From Eledone cirrhosa (Eukaryota): 64,000 nt of DNA. The DNA lies in contig OZ024754.1 of assembly GCA_964016885.1 (NCBI GenBank), positions 7,316,001-7,380,000 on the forward strand. The letters are read 5' to 3'. A program made the translations under genes and the position numbers. Each line of letters opens with the position of its first letter. Positions within the stretch are counted from its first letter, which is position 1. The notes beneath the pieces were generated by a model. That model searched no databases. It saw only the letters and a list, made by a program, of their open reading frames with translations, and was not told the DNA's origin. Below, in pieces: positions 1 through 12,366 of the stretch.

Positions 1-850
1 CCTGCAAGGATCAGTAATGTGTGACCCCGAAGTATTAGCCGTAGTCGACTATCTTGTTGGCTTTAATGTTAGCCTGTACTTGTATATAGGATACATTGAA
101 TACGAGATACTTAAAACGTAGCAATATTTGTAAAAACTAGAATTGTCCAACGAAATGTTTATGTATTTGATTGTAACAACAAAGGACATACATAGAAAAT
201 TGTTTAAACACAAAATATGGTTTATATTGCATAAATATGAAATGCCATCTGCTTTGTACACTTGAATAACATTTGTTTAATGGAAATCTCTGTGAATACA
301 TCGTGTTTCGGTTTAGTCTGTTATTGTACCTGGAAATATAATAGCCAGATATGAAAGCACTTATTTTTCGTGGTATATAAATAGTTGACACGTTATGACA
401 TTCACGATGAGATGTTGCCCTATAGACAATATCATCTCATTATAAGAATTCTTGATTTAACATACTGTACTGATCATATCCTAAGGTACATGTAGACACA
501 AGTATGGGATTTTCGTATCAGGATTTACATCTTCAATAACGGGTTCTACCCTTCTATAAACTAAATCAGTGTTAATTCTAATTTTGAAATAACTCAAACA
601 TTTAAAGAAAAATTTTCTAGAGTAGATATTATGATCTATAATGTAGAAAGAAAACTGCTTCACGATATAAAATGACATGATTGAACTTATAAATCGTGGG
701 TTGTTATGCTGGAAGAAACAAGCTATTCTTTCTCAAACCTCACACTACCATCCTAAAAATAAGAAAACTATACATTTTATCATATAGAACTTGATATGTT
801 GTTTAGGAAATGATTGATTAATTACGACTGAAAAAATTTTAATAAAAAGT

Positions 851-1273
851 TTACTTCATCAGAGATGACCTGGCTCTAACAAAAGACACACACATAAAAC
901 ATATATTTGGAGTGGAAAAGAATTTAATATAAATTTTACTTCATCAAAGATAATCTGGGTCTAACAAAAGAGAGACGCATAAAACATTTGACACATTTGG
1001 AGTGGAAAAGAATTTAATATAAATGTTACTTCATCAGAGATAATCTGGGTCTAACAAAAGACAGACATATAAAACATTTGACACATTTGGAGTCGAAAAG
1101 AATTTAATATAAATTTTACTTCATCAAAGATAACTTGGGTCTAACAAAAGACAGACATATAAAACATTTGACACATTTGGAGTGGAAAAGAATTTAATAT
1201 AAATTTTACTTCATCAGAGATAATCTGGGTCTAACAAAAGACAGACACAAAACATATATATTTGGAGTCGAAA
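851..1273. repeat. 90-bp tandem repeat, ~5 copies
   Basis: Unit TTACTTCATCAGAGATAATCTGGGTCTAACAAAAG...GAATTTAATATAAAT recurs at ~851, 937, 1027, 1117, 1207. Confidence 0.9.
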
Positions 1274-1965
1274 GGTCAGAGTAACCGAAATGCTCTCTAG
1301 ATTACATATGCATTTCTCCAATTCGTCAGTTCAAATCCTACTTGAGTTGCTTCTGTCTGTGCTACCTTTAGTGTTAGCTCGTTAACTATCAATTATATAA
1401 TAATCAGGTAGTGTGGACGGTGATTAAAATATCTTTGCACCTCTTCTGAAACCAAAGTATGTATATAGTTAAAGAGTATCATATTGAATATAATATTATT
1501 AAATGTCAGGTTGTATTTTTGATAAGGTTATTTCTGCCTCTCTTTCAATTCTATCGTAAAATGTCAATTCAAAGTTTGATTTGATTTTTGCCAAAGTATC
1601 AACACAAAGGTGTACTAAACTATATTTTTAACCTTTTCACTTCTATTGATTCTGATGACAGCAAGACAAATATACGTTGGGTATAGAACTATAAAACAGA
1701 CTAAAGAAATATTCGCCCAGATGGTGAGTTATTATCGATTAAATACCATCGATTGATCTATTCCTATACTATGTAATTCAGAAGGGAATGATTGCTTTGA
1801 ATACGGATTTTAAGGCAACCAAGTATCTCTCTTACAGTTCGGTGATGAGTGTACAAATGGTTCTGACAATTAAACGACGTTCTTCATATGTTAATTGTAA
1901 GTGACTGTGAATTCAACAGACACGTGTACCTCTAATACAATTCTCATATAGATTCAGCATGTGAA

Positions 1966-2350
1966 TCTCCTCTCCCTCCTCTCTCTCTCCTCTCCCTCCT
2001 CTCTCTCCCCTCCCTCCTCTCTCTCTCCTCTCTCTCCTCTCTCTCCCCTCTCTCTCCTCTCTCTCCCCTATCCCCTCTCTCTCCCCTCTCTCCTCTCTCC
2101 CTCCTCTCTCCTCTCCCTCCTCTCTCCCCTCTCCCCTCTCTCTCCTTTCTCTCCCCTCTCTCTCCCCTCTCTCTCCCCTCTCTCCCCTCTCTCTCCCCTC
2201 TCTCCCCTCGCTCTCCCCTCTCCCTCCTCTCCCCTATCCCGCATCCCCCCCTCATCTCCCCACCCCGCACCCACCCCTACCATATACCCCTCCCACCCAC
2301 CCTCTCGCTTCCTCGCCTTCTCTCTCGCTTTCTCGCCTTCTCTCTCTCTC
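1966..2350. repeat. CT/CCT-rich polypyrimidine low-complexity tract
   Basis: Almost only C/T; explains the spurious S/P/L and R/G/E ORFs. Confidence 0.95.
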
Positions 2351-2920
2351 TACGGTTTTAATGACCTACTTGGTGTTGACTTCAGACCTGGTGTAATGGA
2401 AAACTGAAACAGTTACTGAAGACATGTTTCATAGTTCCGCGCTGACGAACAGCTCTGGACAATATACACGACTACAAGTCTCATTCTATCTAGACACAAT
2501 AATTAAGACGTCCAACGGATCTTGCTTTCGATGATATTTGCCATGTTACTAATGAGTGCATCTGTGATTTGGTATTACAATTCTTTCCTTCAGTTTCGTA
2601 TTATATAACTAAAGATAATGGCCTTTTGTTTTTACGGAAGTGAAACTAAGATATTCTGACAACTATACCAATCTTGACGACATTAACAGCGTGAAGGAAG
2701 TCGCTTGGTTTCAGCCGGAAATATTTTCTAACATATTATAACATAGTAGTCAATCTAATTACTAATACTAGCGACTGTAGAGAATTGTTATCTCACTGAT
2801 CATCTTTTTCATACATTGTTGAACTTAAATGTCGAATATCTAAATATCTACCCATTTTCTAGATTTGTACAGGTGATCACCATGAAGGTCTTTTATCTGC
2901 CCTCCAATTTTGCTCCATGT

Positions 2921-3254
2921 CTCTCCCCACCACGTCCTCCCTTATCTCCCCACCACGTGCTCCCTTATCTCCCCACCACGTCCTCCCTTATCTCCCCACC
3001 ACGTGCTCCCTTATCTCCCCACCACGTGCTCCCTTATCTCCCCACTACGTCCTCCCTTATCTCCCCACTACGTCTTCCCTTATCTCCCTCTGTCTCTCTC
3101 TCTCCATCACGTCCTCCCTTATCTCCCTCTCTCTTTCTTTCCACTACGTCCTCCCTTATCTCCCTCTGTCTCTCTCTCTCCATCACGTCCTCCCTTATCT
3201 CCCTCTCTCTCTCTCTTTCCACTACGTCCTCCCTTATCTCCCTCTCTCTCTCTC
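2921..3254. repeat. 23-bp minisatellite (CTCCCCACCACGTSCTCCCTTAT) decaying into (CT)n-expanded units
   Basis: About 7 regular units, then longer units with CT insertions. Confidence 0.9.
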
Positions 3255-3298
<44 letters not shown>

Positions 3299-3300
<2 letters not shown>

Positions 3301-3421
3301 AACGAGTAGGACCCCGACGGCTGAGCTCAAGCCGTTTCGACGGCTAATTCTGGACTAAATCTGGATTTATTGAGTACTTTGGTGCGTTATGGTCCATCTG
3401 CTTCCTTACCACATTTCCTTC

Positions 3422-3426
<5 letters not shown>
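3299..3426 (+). mobile_element. short unclassified element embedded in (TA)n; homolog at 50198-50321 in reverse orientation
   Basis: GGACCYCGACGGCTG...GAGTACTYTGGTGCGTTATGGTCCA...TTCCTTACCACAYTTCCTTCGTT is shared by both loci, and both are flanked by TA runs. Confidence 0.75.
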
Positions 3427-3461
<35 letters not shown>

Positions 3462-4031
3462 TTCGTTTCATTTATATATATATATATATATATATATAAA
3501 CGGAAAAAATGAAATGAAATTTCATTTCCCACTCTTAGTACGGCTGTTACTTAAATATAAGTATGTATACGTACATACATATATGTATACAGACGTACAG
3601 TAGTATGTATATATATATATATACATACATGCACATATATATGTACGTATGGATTCACCGAACATTTATTATAATGCTCGGTGTGTTTGTAAACAGACAT
3701 CCCGAATTAAGCCGTAGTGTCTAGCAACCATCGTTGCTCGTTTGTTCAACACTGACAAAATACATTGTTTCCTCGGTCCGATTTGACGAAAGTCGATCGA
3801 CTGTCGATATATAGTGTCCCCCAAAATGTATACATACTTCAACTAAATTTTAATAAATATTGCATGTACAGATAATCAAAGTACGTATACACATTATATA
3901 TATATGTAGGAGGTGAGTTTTATTGTAGTACAATAAAGCAATGCAGATATCGGATAAGAAGCACTCTACAGTTTGTAGGACTGGAGTATAAATAATATAT
4001 AAGATCAAAAGATGGTTAAAAGAGTTCCATG

Positions 4032-4102
4032 TATTTTATTATGCGCATTTCAAAAACAAATATCATCATACAATAACATTTGCGTTTTCGTCAAATAAAA
4101 TA
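4032..4102 (-). ncRNA. minimal type-I hammerhead ribozyme-like motif (C3U variant)
   Basis: Minus strand: TATTTTAT-TTGACGA-stem II-GAAA-TGCGCA-TA-ATAAAATA; 8-bp stem I, palindromic stem III. Confidence 0.65.
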
Positions 4103-4198
4103 GGGAGACATGATATGAAGGTTAAAACACACTTGTGAATAGTGCAGTTTTAAAAACACTATTCACAAGTGTGTTTTAACCTTCATATCATGTCTCCA

Positions 4199-4269
4199 TA
4201 TTTTATCTGACGAAAACGCAAATGTTATTGCATGATGATATTTGTTTTTGTAATGCGCATAATAAAATA
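4199..4269 (+). ncRNA. minimal type-I hammerhead ribozyme-like motif (GAAA mutated to GTAA)
   Basis: TATTTTAT-CTGACGA-AAACGCAAATGTTATT..GATGATATTTGTTTTT-GTAA-TGCGCA-TA-ATAAAATA. Confidence 0.65.
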
Positions 4270-4299
4270 CATGGAACTCTTTTAACCATCTTTTGATCT

Positions 4300-4332
<33 letters not shown>

Positions 4333-4559
4333 AATATCAGAGTTATTAGAGACCTACGCTTTGATTGATTCAGAATTGAAATAGAACCATGTAATATTTC
4401 CCTCCTGATCCATGATTCTCGCTATTATGACTTTATTTTATATACATAAACAAAATGATTAACATTTTCTTTACCATATTCATAAGGGAAGACACTCACT
4501 ATAATTTTCAAATCACATTGAAAAATTAAAACAAAATTGAAGGATTGAATGTTTTCTTA

Positions 4560-4688
4560 TATAGGCACAAGGCCAGCAATTTTTTGGGGGAGGGGAAAGT
4601 CGCTTAAATCGACCCCACTGCGTGACTGGTACTTTATTTTATCGACCCCCGTAAGCATGAGAGGCAACGTTCACCTCGGCGGGATTGA
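4560..4688 (-). mobile_element. tRNA-derived SINE (Deu/Nin-like core), 5'-truncated
   Basis: Matches the window's dominant SINE: GGCACAAGGCCAGCAAT...GGTACTTTATTTTATCGACCCC. Confidence 0.85.
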
Positions 4689-4909
4689 AGGATTTAATAA
4701 AATATCTTTCTCATTATAAAGCTGGTATTTGAAACATGACTTATAAAAGGTTCTTATTTTGTGTGGTTTATTTATTTCTAGTTGCATTGAATATAGGTTT
4801 ACACAGTTCTATAATTTGGTCTACTAGCTTTTTCTATATCCATTGTTGGTCGACACTGTTTGCTGTATTCTGTAGATTTATTTACTGACAACATTTCCTT
4901 ACACTTGTA

Positions 4910-5150
4910 TATTCGATAGAGTATAGACCATTGACACAACCACAATGATATGGTCCGAACCGTCATCGCCTCCATCTCTCTCGCCCTCCCCATCACATAC
5001 ACGTAGACCAGGTCCGAAGACAGAGGAGCTGAGCTCCCACTGTCATCGCCTCCATTTCTCTCGCCTTCCCCATCTCTCTGTATTATGAGCAAATGGGGTC
5101 CCCCGTGCTGTCCTCCCCACAGCGCCAGCGGACAGAATGGAGAAGGCGTT
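4910..5150 (-). mobile_element. 3' end of CRE-like non-LTR retrotransposon with a duplicated tail segment
   Basis: GCGGACAGAATGGAGAAGGCGTT is shared with 18794-18816; tail is shared with 31280-31420 and 57200-57296. Confidence 0.8.
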
Positions 5151-6623
5151 GGGAAGTTTAAACATATAGAAAGAGTTTTCTATGATAGAACCATGAGAAG
5201 CTTCGCGTGTGTCTTTAAATCCATACCAAAGCTGAGGACATTGACAGCGCGAGGGAAATGAATTTAAATCAACCGGAAATATTTTCTCACTTTATGACTT
5301 TCGACTTTAGAAAATCAAATTACTAGCATTAGTGTCTATTAGAGGAGTGTTTTATATATTTTAGTCTCAAACTTTCTTGAATTACTTTCTCTGTATTAAA
5401 TCTCGTTAGATTTCCGTTTTGAAAATCACACCTTATCTTATATAATTAAAACGAAAGAAAATTGTCGTTACGTTCATTTCAATAAAAGAGATGAGGAAAG
5501 GTGAATGACAGTAAGAATTATTGTCTGAGAAGAAATAATTAATAGTAGTTTAGAGATATGAAGTATAGAAATGAACGCCGAATGCTTGTTGAAAGATTTA
5601 TCGAACCACCAAGGTGTGAAAACGGATTTACAGCGTAGGTAGGAACGGAAACAAAATGATTCCTTCATGAATCAAAAATCACAATTCAGAAATATCTATA
5701 TATTTTCTTAGTCTTTTTTCCCATAGAGTTAAGACCAGAGACAGGCCCAGTCTGTACAGATTATTATAAAAAGCATAATACTAATTAGAATCATATATTA
5801 AACTAAAATAAATAAAATAACTATTCCGTTATATAAACCAACGAAGCATTCCATTAGTTCTTTAAGAAAATTAGTTTGGTTATATAAAAGATAAAGTAAA
5901 AAACACGAACAAACATGGCTTGATTTACGTGTACAATGTCTCGATCAAGATTATACAGTTACCGTCAATCATTGAGTCTTTTGGAGATCGCGGTAAAGAC
6001 ACATGGAAAAGATGAGGTTTCAGGGGTATAGAACTCGGGACCTTATATTCGTAAAGTGAATATATTTAAAACATTTAGCCATGCAATATATAGCAAACCA
6101 CAGCAATTTTAACCTTAACGTAATTCTAAAGCCGAATCAGTGTGACATAAAATGTGAGAATGCTGGACATTTGATTTACAGGTGTAATCTATGTGACGAG
6201 CTTATATAGTTTCTGTTTCCACAAACATAGAATCAGTCCAAGACTTTAGTAAAGACACTTGCTCAAGAGAACACACAGTGGAATCAATCCATATATCTTA
6301 GAAGTACGAAGGAATATGACATTCGTAACCACTCAGCTATGCCATAGTTTTTAATATACAATTCTGTCCACCGGGGCTGTGGGGGAGACCAGGCGATTAT
6401 ATTACGAATTCTGTTGAATAGTCTTAACTACGATTACTAGCTGTCAAATCTGTAGCTAGTTGCCATCACATTCCCCTTCAGTACTAAGAGTAGATCTGCT
6501 AAAGTATATAAATATACACGCACACTCATCATTATAATCATCACCATTGATTACATTTGCTTCATTAGGTAATAAAACTGTTTTGATTAGTTCTAGCATA
6601 ATTGATATTGCCATTTACGACAG

Positions 6624-6633
6624 GTCACGTGAC
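6624..6633. promoter_or_regulatory. palindromic GTCACGTGAC (CLEAR/USF-type E-box)
   Basis: Exact 10-bp match, ~55 bp upstream of a candidate ATG exon. Confidence 0.35.
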
Positions 6634-6689
6634 ATTTTATTTAGTCGTCGTTTGGGACTGAACCATTGTCAGCTAGATAATGAATAGTA

Positions 6690-6752
6690 ATGAATAACGA
6701 TGTTGGTAGTGTGATCAACTTCGGCTTAGTTATTTATTGTTTAAGTTTACAG
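6690..6752 (+). CDS. candidate first coding exon MNNDVGSVINFGLVIYCLSLQ (signal-peptide-like), phase-0 donor
   Basis: ATG to CAG|GTAAGA donor, hydrophobic stretch; no downstream exon identified. Confidence 0.25.
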
Positions 6753-7699
6753 GTAAGAAGTTTACAGATGTAGCTGACATGCTTCATCTAATCCTGTTTT
6801 CTAGTATAGAGAATAGATGAATGCATTAATGTGTACAAACACAATTTGAATAGAAAGAATGTATAAAACTAAAATACATTTACATATTCTGAAACATTTC
6901 AAATTACTTTTCTCCCTGAATATACAAAGTGCTATGCATTTATATTTACAGGCTGGTTATTACTAAAAATTAGTTAAACACATCATAATTTACATTTCAT
7001 TTATCTAAATCTATATATATTGTTGGGGCTGTTGTCTAAGAAGATGTGGGGATTTGTGGTTAGTGTATTATGTTCCACGAGGGCGTTTTGTCCTTGAGCA
7101 AGACGTTTAAGTTACTCTAGTTCGCCCAGCAGGCAAACATGTGTTGCCTCGGTCCTCCAAAGAGCCAGCTTTGTCATATATTGTGTTACACATTTTATAA
7201 TACTGAATCTTCTACTAATGTATCACTTTATTTTGAAGGCGATGAATTGGTAGAGATGTCAGCACGACGCATAGGGTTCTTTGCGATATATGTTCCGGGT
7301 CTCCTAGCCCTCTGTTGAAATCCCATTGAGGTCAACGTACCCTTATATCCTTCCGAGGTTGGTAAAAAGAATGAACCTGTCCTATATTGGGGTCGATTTG
7401 CCTTCTATGCGCCTTTCTTACTTCATCCCTATCACGTTTTCCTCTTTCTCATGAAGAAATCACCTGTGTTAAGACGTGAATATATGATGGGTCCAGACTG
7501 GTTTAAAAGGTCAACGAAAACCCGTATATCAGGACAGCATCCCTTCGAATACACCAACAGTTACGGGTCCATACATACGTATTTCTCTATATTACCACAG
7601 TCAATCTAAATCACGGGCTCAATATTTTGCTCATAAATGCTTTTTAAGCCTTTTATCACGATATTCTTTATAAAATATTCTGTATATTAATAGTGTCTT

Positions 7700-7832
7700 A
7701 TATAGGCACAAGGCCAGCAATTTTTGGGGAGGGGAAGTCGATTAAATCGACCCCAGTGCGTGACTGGTACATTATTTTATCGAGCCCGTAAGGATGAAAT
7801 ACAAAGTTAACATTGGCGTGGTTTGAACTCAA
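7700..7832 (-). mobile_element. tRNA-derived SINE (Deu/Nin-like), partial
   Basis: Same family motifs as 4560-4688. Confidence 0.85.
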
Positions 7833-9341
7833 CTGTACATTAATTTATCAAAGAAGATGTTTAAGCTTTGAGCTATTTCGTAAAATTATTGTCAAGATAG
7901 TCTTTTATCACAACGAAGATGTTTTTGTATAAAATTATGTTGGAATATTTAAATTTAAATTTAAATGGGAACCTTCTAAATGGATGGGCTTCTTCTATAG
8001 AACCATAGGCGGTTTTGCGTGGGTTGTTTCTATTGATTGTAAACTAACCTCTGATCTATCGATTACGAAATTGATAATTTATATCCCAAAGACTATTTCA
8101 TCTGTTTTCACAAAATGTACTCTATAACGTACTACACATAAATATCAGTATTATTTATTGTATGAAAGTGGTACAGAGCTAAGTCTGTCTTTTGGTGTGC
8201 CACGGTGGATTTATATCTATTTTGATTTATAGCTAGCCGAAATTACATCAGCGAATTCGAACTTTATTTCATTAGGTGGATAGTTTAAAGTAGTATATTT
8301 CCCTACCCAAGGGACATAACATCCTGTTAGAACAGATACTGTCAAATGTTAACAAGTGATTGATAGGTATTTTCTATATTCGGAATTCACATGAAGCAAG
8401 TAAAATGACAGATTGCTTTACTAGACACCAATTGCTCACATTGTGTAGCTTCTGTAACAATAGATGCACAATAGAAAGTAGTTAGGTTATAGATAGGATA
8501 TGTTAGAAGAATAAATTTCATGATTAGAGTCATTTACTGGAAGTAGTTGTTCAGAGCTTGGAATTACGATGCCGTTTTTCTGTTTGTTTCTCTTTGACAT
8601 CAGGGCTTTGAAACAATTTGTTATGTCAAACAAAATGATGGATGGTTTTAATCTTGTCCGACGTCGTTAGTTGTGAGGAAGAAAATAAACTTGCTGAAAC
8701 AATCCAGTTACACTTGATAGAAATGTGTGTTTCTAGTTGCCAATTGTATTTATGTTGGATTGTATCGATAAGCTATTGAAATAATAAATAAATCTCAGTG
8801 AATCTACAGTTATGTAGAAGTGATAAATAATATATTATCATTTCACCCAGAAAGATATACGAATGTTCTGACAACCATTAAAATTATCAAATCATTTGTA
8901 TATATAGTACTACATATGAGAAGAACTTAAAGTAACAAGAATCTCATGGAAAGGAAGTTATTAAATCATCCATAAAGAAATATGAAATATATATGAAAAC
9001 ATTATCAACTATGAAGCATTAAATTTTCCTTAAATCACGAGTGCTTTCATTATAAATAACGTGAAGTTATTCTCTTAACTGAGAGCAGTGTTTATATTTG
9101 TTTAGTGTGTATTGCATTGGGGCGATCTTGAGGAGCCTAGATTTGAAGATGTCTTAACACAAATTTTATTATTTTTAATAAAATATTTAAAGAAAGGTTA
9201 GTGGGCTCTGCAGAAAGGCTATATATTTATAATTTAATGAAGTGTCAAATATCGCATATTGTGTTTTATAATTAAGTAAAGGAATAATAGGTATATATAT
9301 ATATATTTGTGTGTATGTGTATATATATATATATATTTATT

Positions 9342-9510
9342 TATTTATTAAAATAACAGATTAAAGTTTAAGCAAAGAATCGCTGCTTTCACCAAATTTA
9401 ATCTGTTATTTTAATAAATATTTGGTCTATGGTTTTATATATTTTTATATATATATATTATCCTTGTCGAGCCCTCTTCAGATTTTAGTCTTCACATTTA
9501 GTATTATTAT

Positions 9511-9515
<5 letters not shown>
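9342..9515 (+). mobile_element. (TA)n-embedded non-coding element with fold-back; family also at 44352-44576 and 50066-50166
   Basis: Shared TTAAAATAACAGATTAAAGTTTAAGCAAAGAATCGCTGCTTTCACC and ATCCTTRTCGAGCCCTCTT..GATTTTAGTCTTCA blocks. Confidence 0.8.
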
Positions 9516-9554
<39 letters not shown>

Positions 9555-9599
9555 AGTTATTGAAACATGTTAAATTTGGCTTCGTTTAATATAAATTCT

Positions 9600-9652
9600 C
9601 TGCTATATATATTTCAGTGACAGCTATTATTGGCTGTGACCTCATCAGGCAG
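9600..9652 (-). ncRNA. minimal type-I hammerhead ribozyme
   Basis: CTGC-CTGATGA-GGTCACAGC caataata GCTGTCACT-GAAA-TATATA-TA-GCAG; core intact. Confidence 0.8.
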
Positions 9653-9774
9653 TACGAATTAATGTAGAAAACACAGGTAAACATGGTGTTGAAATGTGTT
9701 CCACTCTGTCAATTCATCGATATGTCCAGCTCCTGGGTGTGGTGTTAGTCCCCTGAGGACTACATTAATTCGTA

Positions 9775-9827
9775 CTGCCTGATGAGGTCAGAGCCAATAA
9801 TAGCTGTCACTGAAATATATATAGCAG
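9775..9827 (+). ncRNA. minimal type-I hammerhead ribozyme
   Basis: CTGC-CTGATGA-GGTCAGAGC caataata GCTGTCACT-GAAA-TATATA-TA-GCAG. Confidence 0.8.
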
Positions 9828-10299
9828 AGAATGTATAATAAACGAAGCCAAATTAACATGTTTGACTTACTTATTTTACGTTACCCCGGAGTAAACAAAC
9901 CAGCCTCCGTACTTCGTCGAGTGCTCCAACCTGTATACTGAGGTGGCGGTAAACAACCAACAATGTGTACATCTCAGATGGATTAATTGAAGTGGGCGAG
10001 AATTTAAAGGCTTGAAAAACTTTAAAAAAAACTCTGGCGATATAAATCTAAAAAAAGAAAATACAAAACACAGAAATATGAACGAATAATTCTATTAAAA
10101 TATCGAAATAGTTAATATTCCATTGGAAAATAGATGGAAAATGAGAATAAGATTAAATTAATTTTAAATGATATTTCACGAATTAATAGAGATCAGGTTA
10201 AATAGATTAAATGAAATTAAATGGAGGACAGGAAATAAACTTGAAAGACACAAACGAAAAAGATTTATCTAGGTTACGTTACATGTGTGTATGACAGAT

Positions 10300-10531
10300 C
10301 ACACCTATGCAGGTTTATCTGGCCTCCTCCAAGGTATATTTCGTTGGAGGTGTCTTGGGTGATTTAATGATAGGGACCCCAGTCCTATCATCTCATTTCT
10401 ACAGCTGAGTAAACTGGAGCAACGTGAAATAAAGTGTCTTGCTCAAGGAAACAACTCATCACCCGGTCCGAGAATTGAACTCACATTCGATTACAAGCCC
10501 AATGCTCTAACCACTAAACCATGCGCCTTCA
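10300..10531 (-). mobile_element. tRNA-derived CORE-like SINE, tail type 1
   Basis: A/B-box-like head (TGGTTTAGTGG...GAGTTCAATTCTC) and TCCTTGAGCAAGACACTTTATTTCAC core; closely similar to 60408-60642. Confidence 0.85.
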
Positions 10532-12267
10532 CATTACTTTACATGCCAACTAGATGATTAAAAACAAAGAGATTACTTAACATTTTAACTCTTTCGGTAT
10601 GGAATTGTATTTGCAAAACATTGTTTTAAAAATTATAAAACTATGGCTGGATTAGGCTAAATATATTGGGGCCCAAGGCTAAGATAAGAGACAACTTTTG
10701 GGTTAAGCTGGAATCCAACGTGAGATCGAGAAATAAAGTATTGTAGGAGACCAGGAGAACATTCGCCGACTTCGTAATACGAATTTCCCATTCACACCCG
10801 ACTTTAAGAACTTATCTGTGGGATTGTGGGACTTTTCTCTGTAAAGATGTGCATCCCTGTGAAGTACAGAGAATACATTACTGATCTCCTACATCCGGTC
10901 AGATTAACCCTTTTTAACAGAATTCCATTTCATGCAATACCTCAGATCTAACAATATTTCATCGCCACCTCTTTAGATATTACTTAGATGGATTAATTAA
11001 CGGGCTTTAGCCCTTTTCTCTCTCCGAATTGGAGAGAATTTATTGATCATTTCGGCATTAATATTCTTTTGTGTTGAAAGAAACATTAACGTTCTATAAA
11101 ACTTCAGCATTACTAAAGTTGCGATGACAAAAGTAGATTATCCCAGGGTGTCAACAATAAGTGATGTCACACTATGAAACAAACTATTGAGAAGCAACAT
11201 AACACTTCACAATTGGCAATCTCCTATTTAAGACACGCAATATATATGCATACATATACGTTTATATATATATATATATATATACGTTTATATATATATA
11301 TATATATTGTTTTATTGATTCCAGGCACTGAGGGTGGGATGGGCGGTTACGTGATCTCTCTCTCTCTCTCTCTCTCTATGTGTATCTGTAAGCCTATGTA
11401 TGTGAATGGCTCTTTTAAAGCTGTGCAGTTTAAATGTTGAAATCGCTTTACAGAAAATAAAACAATTACGTGTCATAGGTGAAATATGAATCCTTTGTTT
11501 GTAAACGCGACATAAAAAAAATGAAGTGAATTAAGTTAGAGTTTAATATGAAACGAAAATAATGTTACTTTAAAACTCTTTCCTGTTTTTATGTCAAAAC
11601 AAAGCTGCCTATAACTAAATATTTTCACTTATTGTGATATTGTTTTATAATTAATAATAAAATATTAATATTCTGTAAGCCATATGGAAATCTGCAAATA
11701 AAAATTCTGAAAATGTGTAAACGATATTTAAAATCATAACATATCGTATTTTTCTGATTTTGTTTAATAAAACTAGTTGTAAACGATGCAATACGTAAAG
11801 AAAACTTTATTACTCTGCAAACAGATTTCCTTTGAAATTAAATATAAAATATCGTAGTTAGCTTGAAATTAATATTTAGCAAATTTCACCGCTTGTAAAA
11901 TGTGTTTGAAACTTTAACTGCAATGACTAAACAACTTTCATTACTCTGCATCAAGTTAAAAATCAAACATAGTAATTTTGATTTTAATTGGTGACAAACT
12001 TAAAAATAAATGTTATTTACCGAACGAAATTGTAACTAATATCTAATCTTCTAAAACAAAAATATAATCATGCATTCATTTTCTTATGATAACTGCACAA
12101 AACACATTTAGCCTCGGCTCAATTTAAGCCGTAATAAAATAACGATTGATTTGAAATAAGCTTTATAATAACACTGATCGATTATCTCTGCAAACATCTT
12201 CAGAGCTGTATAAATTGATTATAGTACCATTGAGAACAAACTAAAGATAAAACCATCTTATCTCACT

Positions 12268-12366
12268 ACCTTCATTTCTCTCGCTCTCACAAGCTCTCAC
12301 AATTATAAGCAAATGGGAGCTCACGCCCTGGTCGCCCTGGTCGCCCCGGGGCCCCGGCGGACAGAA
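12268..12366 (-). mobile_element. CRE-like 3' tail fragment
   Basis: GCCCCGGCGGACAGAA and ATTATAAGCAAATGG match other copies. Confidence 0.6.

Larger units (their letters stand above)
3994..4308. repeat. near-perfect fold-back palindrome (~150-bp arms, ~12-nt loop) abutting (TA)n
   Basis: 3994-4144 is the reverse complement of 4157-4308 with about 5 mismatches. Confidence 0.95.
9548..9980. mobile_element. Penelope-like pLTR remnant in inverted arrangement (arms ~9548-9667 and ~9760-9877) next to (TA)n
   Basis: ~120-bp inverted arms, each carrying a hammerhead motif. Confidence 0.75.

Noticed and set aside
1-680. Short minus-strand ORFs in unique sequence
   Set aside because: No recognisable domain or consistent splice structure.
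851-1273. CTGATGA on the minus strand in some 90-bp units (retrozyme-like array?)
   Set aside because: No GAAA or stem geometry follows, and two units have TTGATGA.
1300-1332. CTGACGA-ATTGGA-GAAA-TGCA-TA on the minus strand
   Set aside because: No stem I or stem II pairing; lies in a probable decayed SINE.
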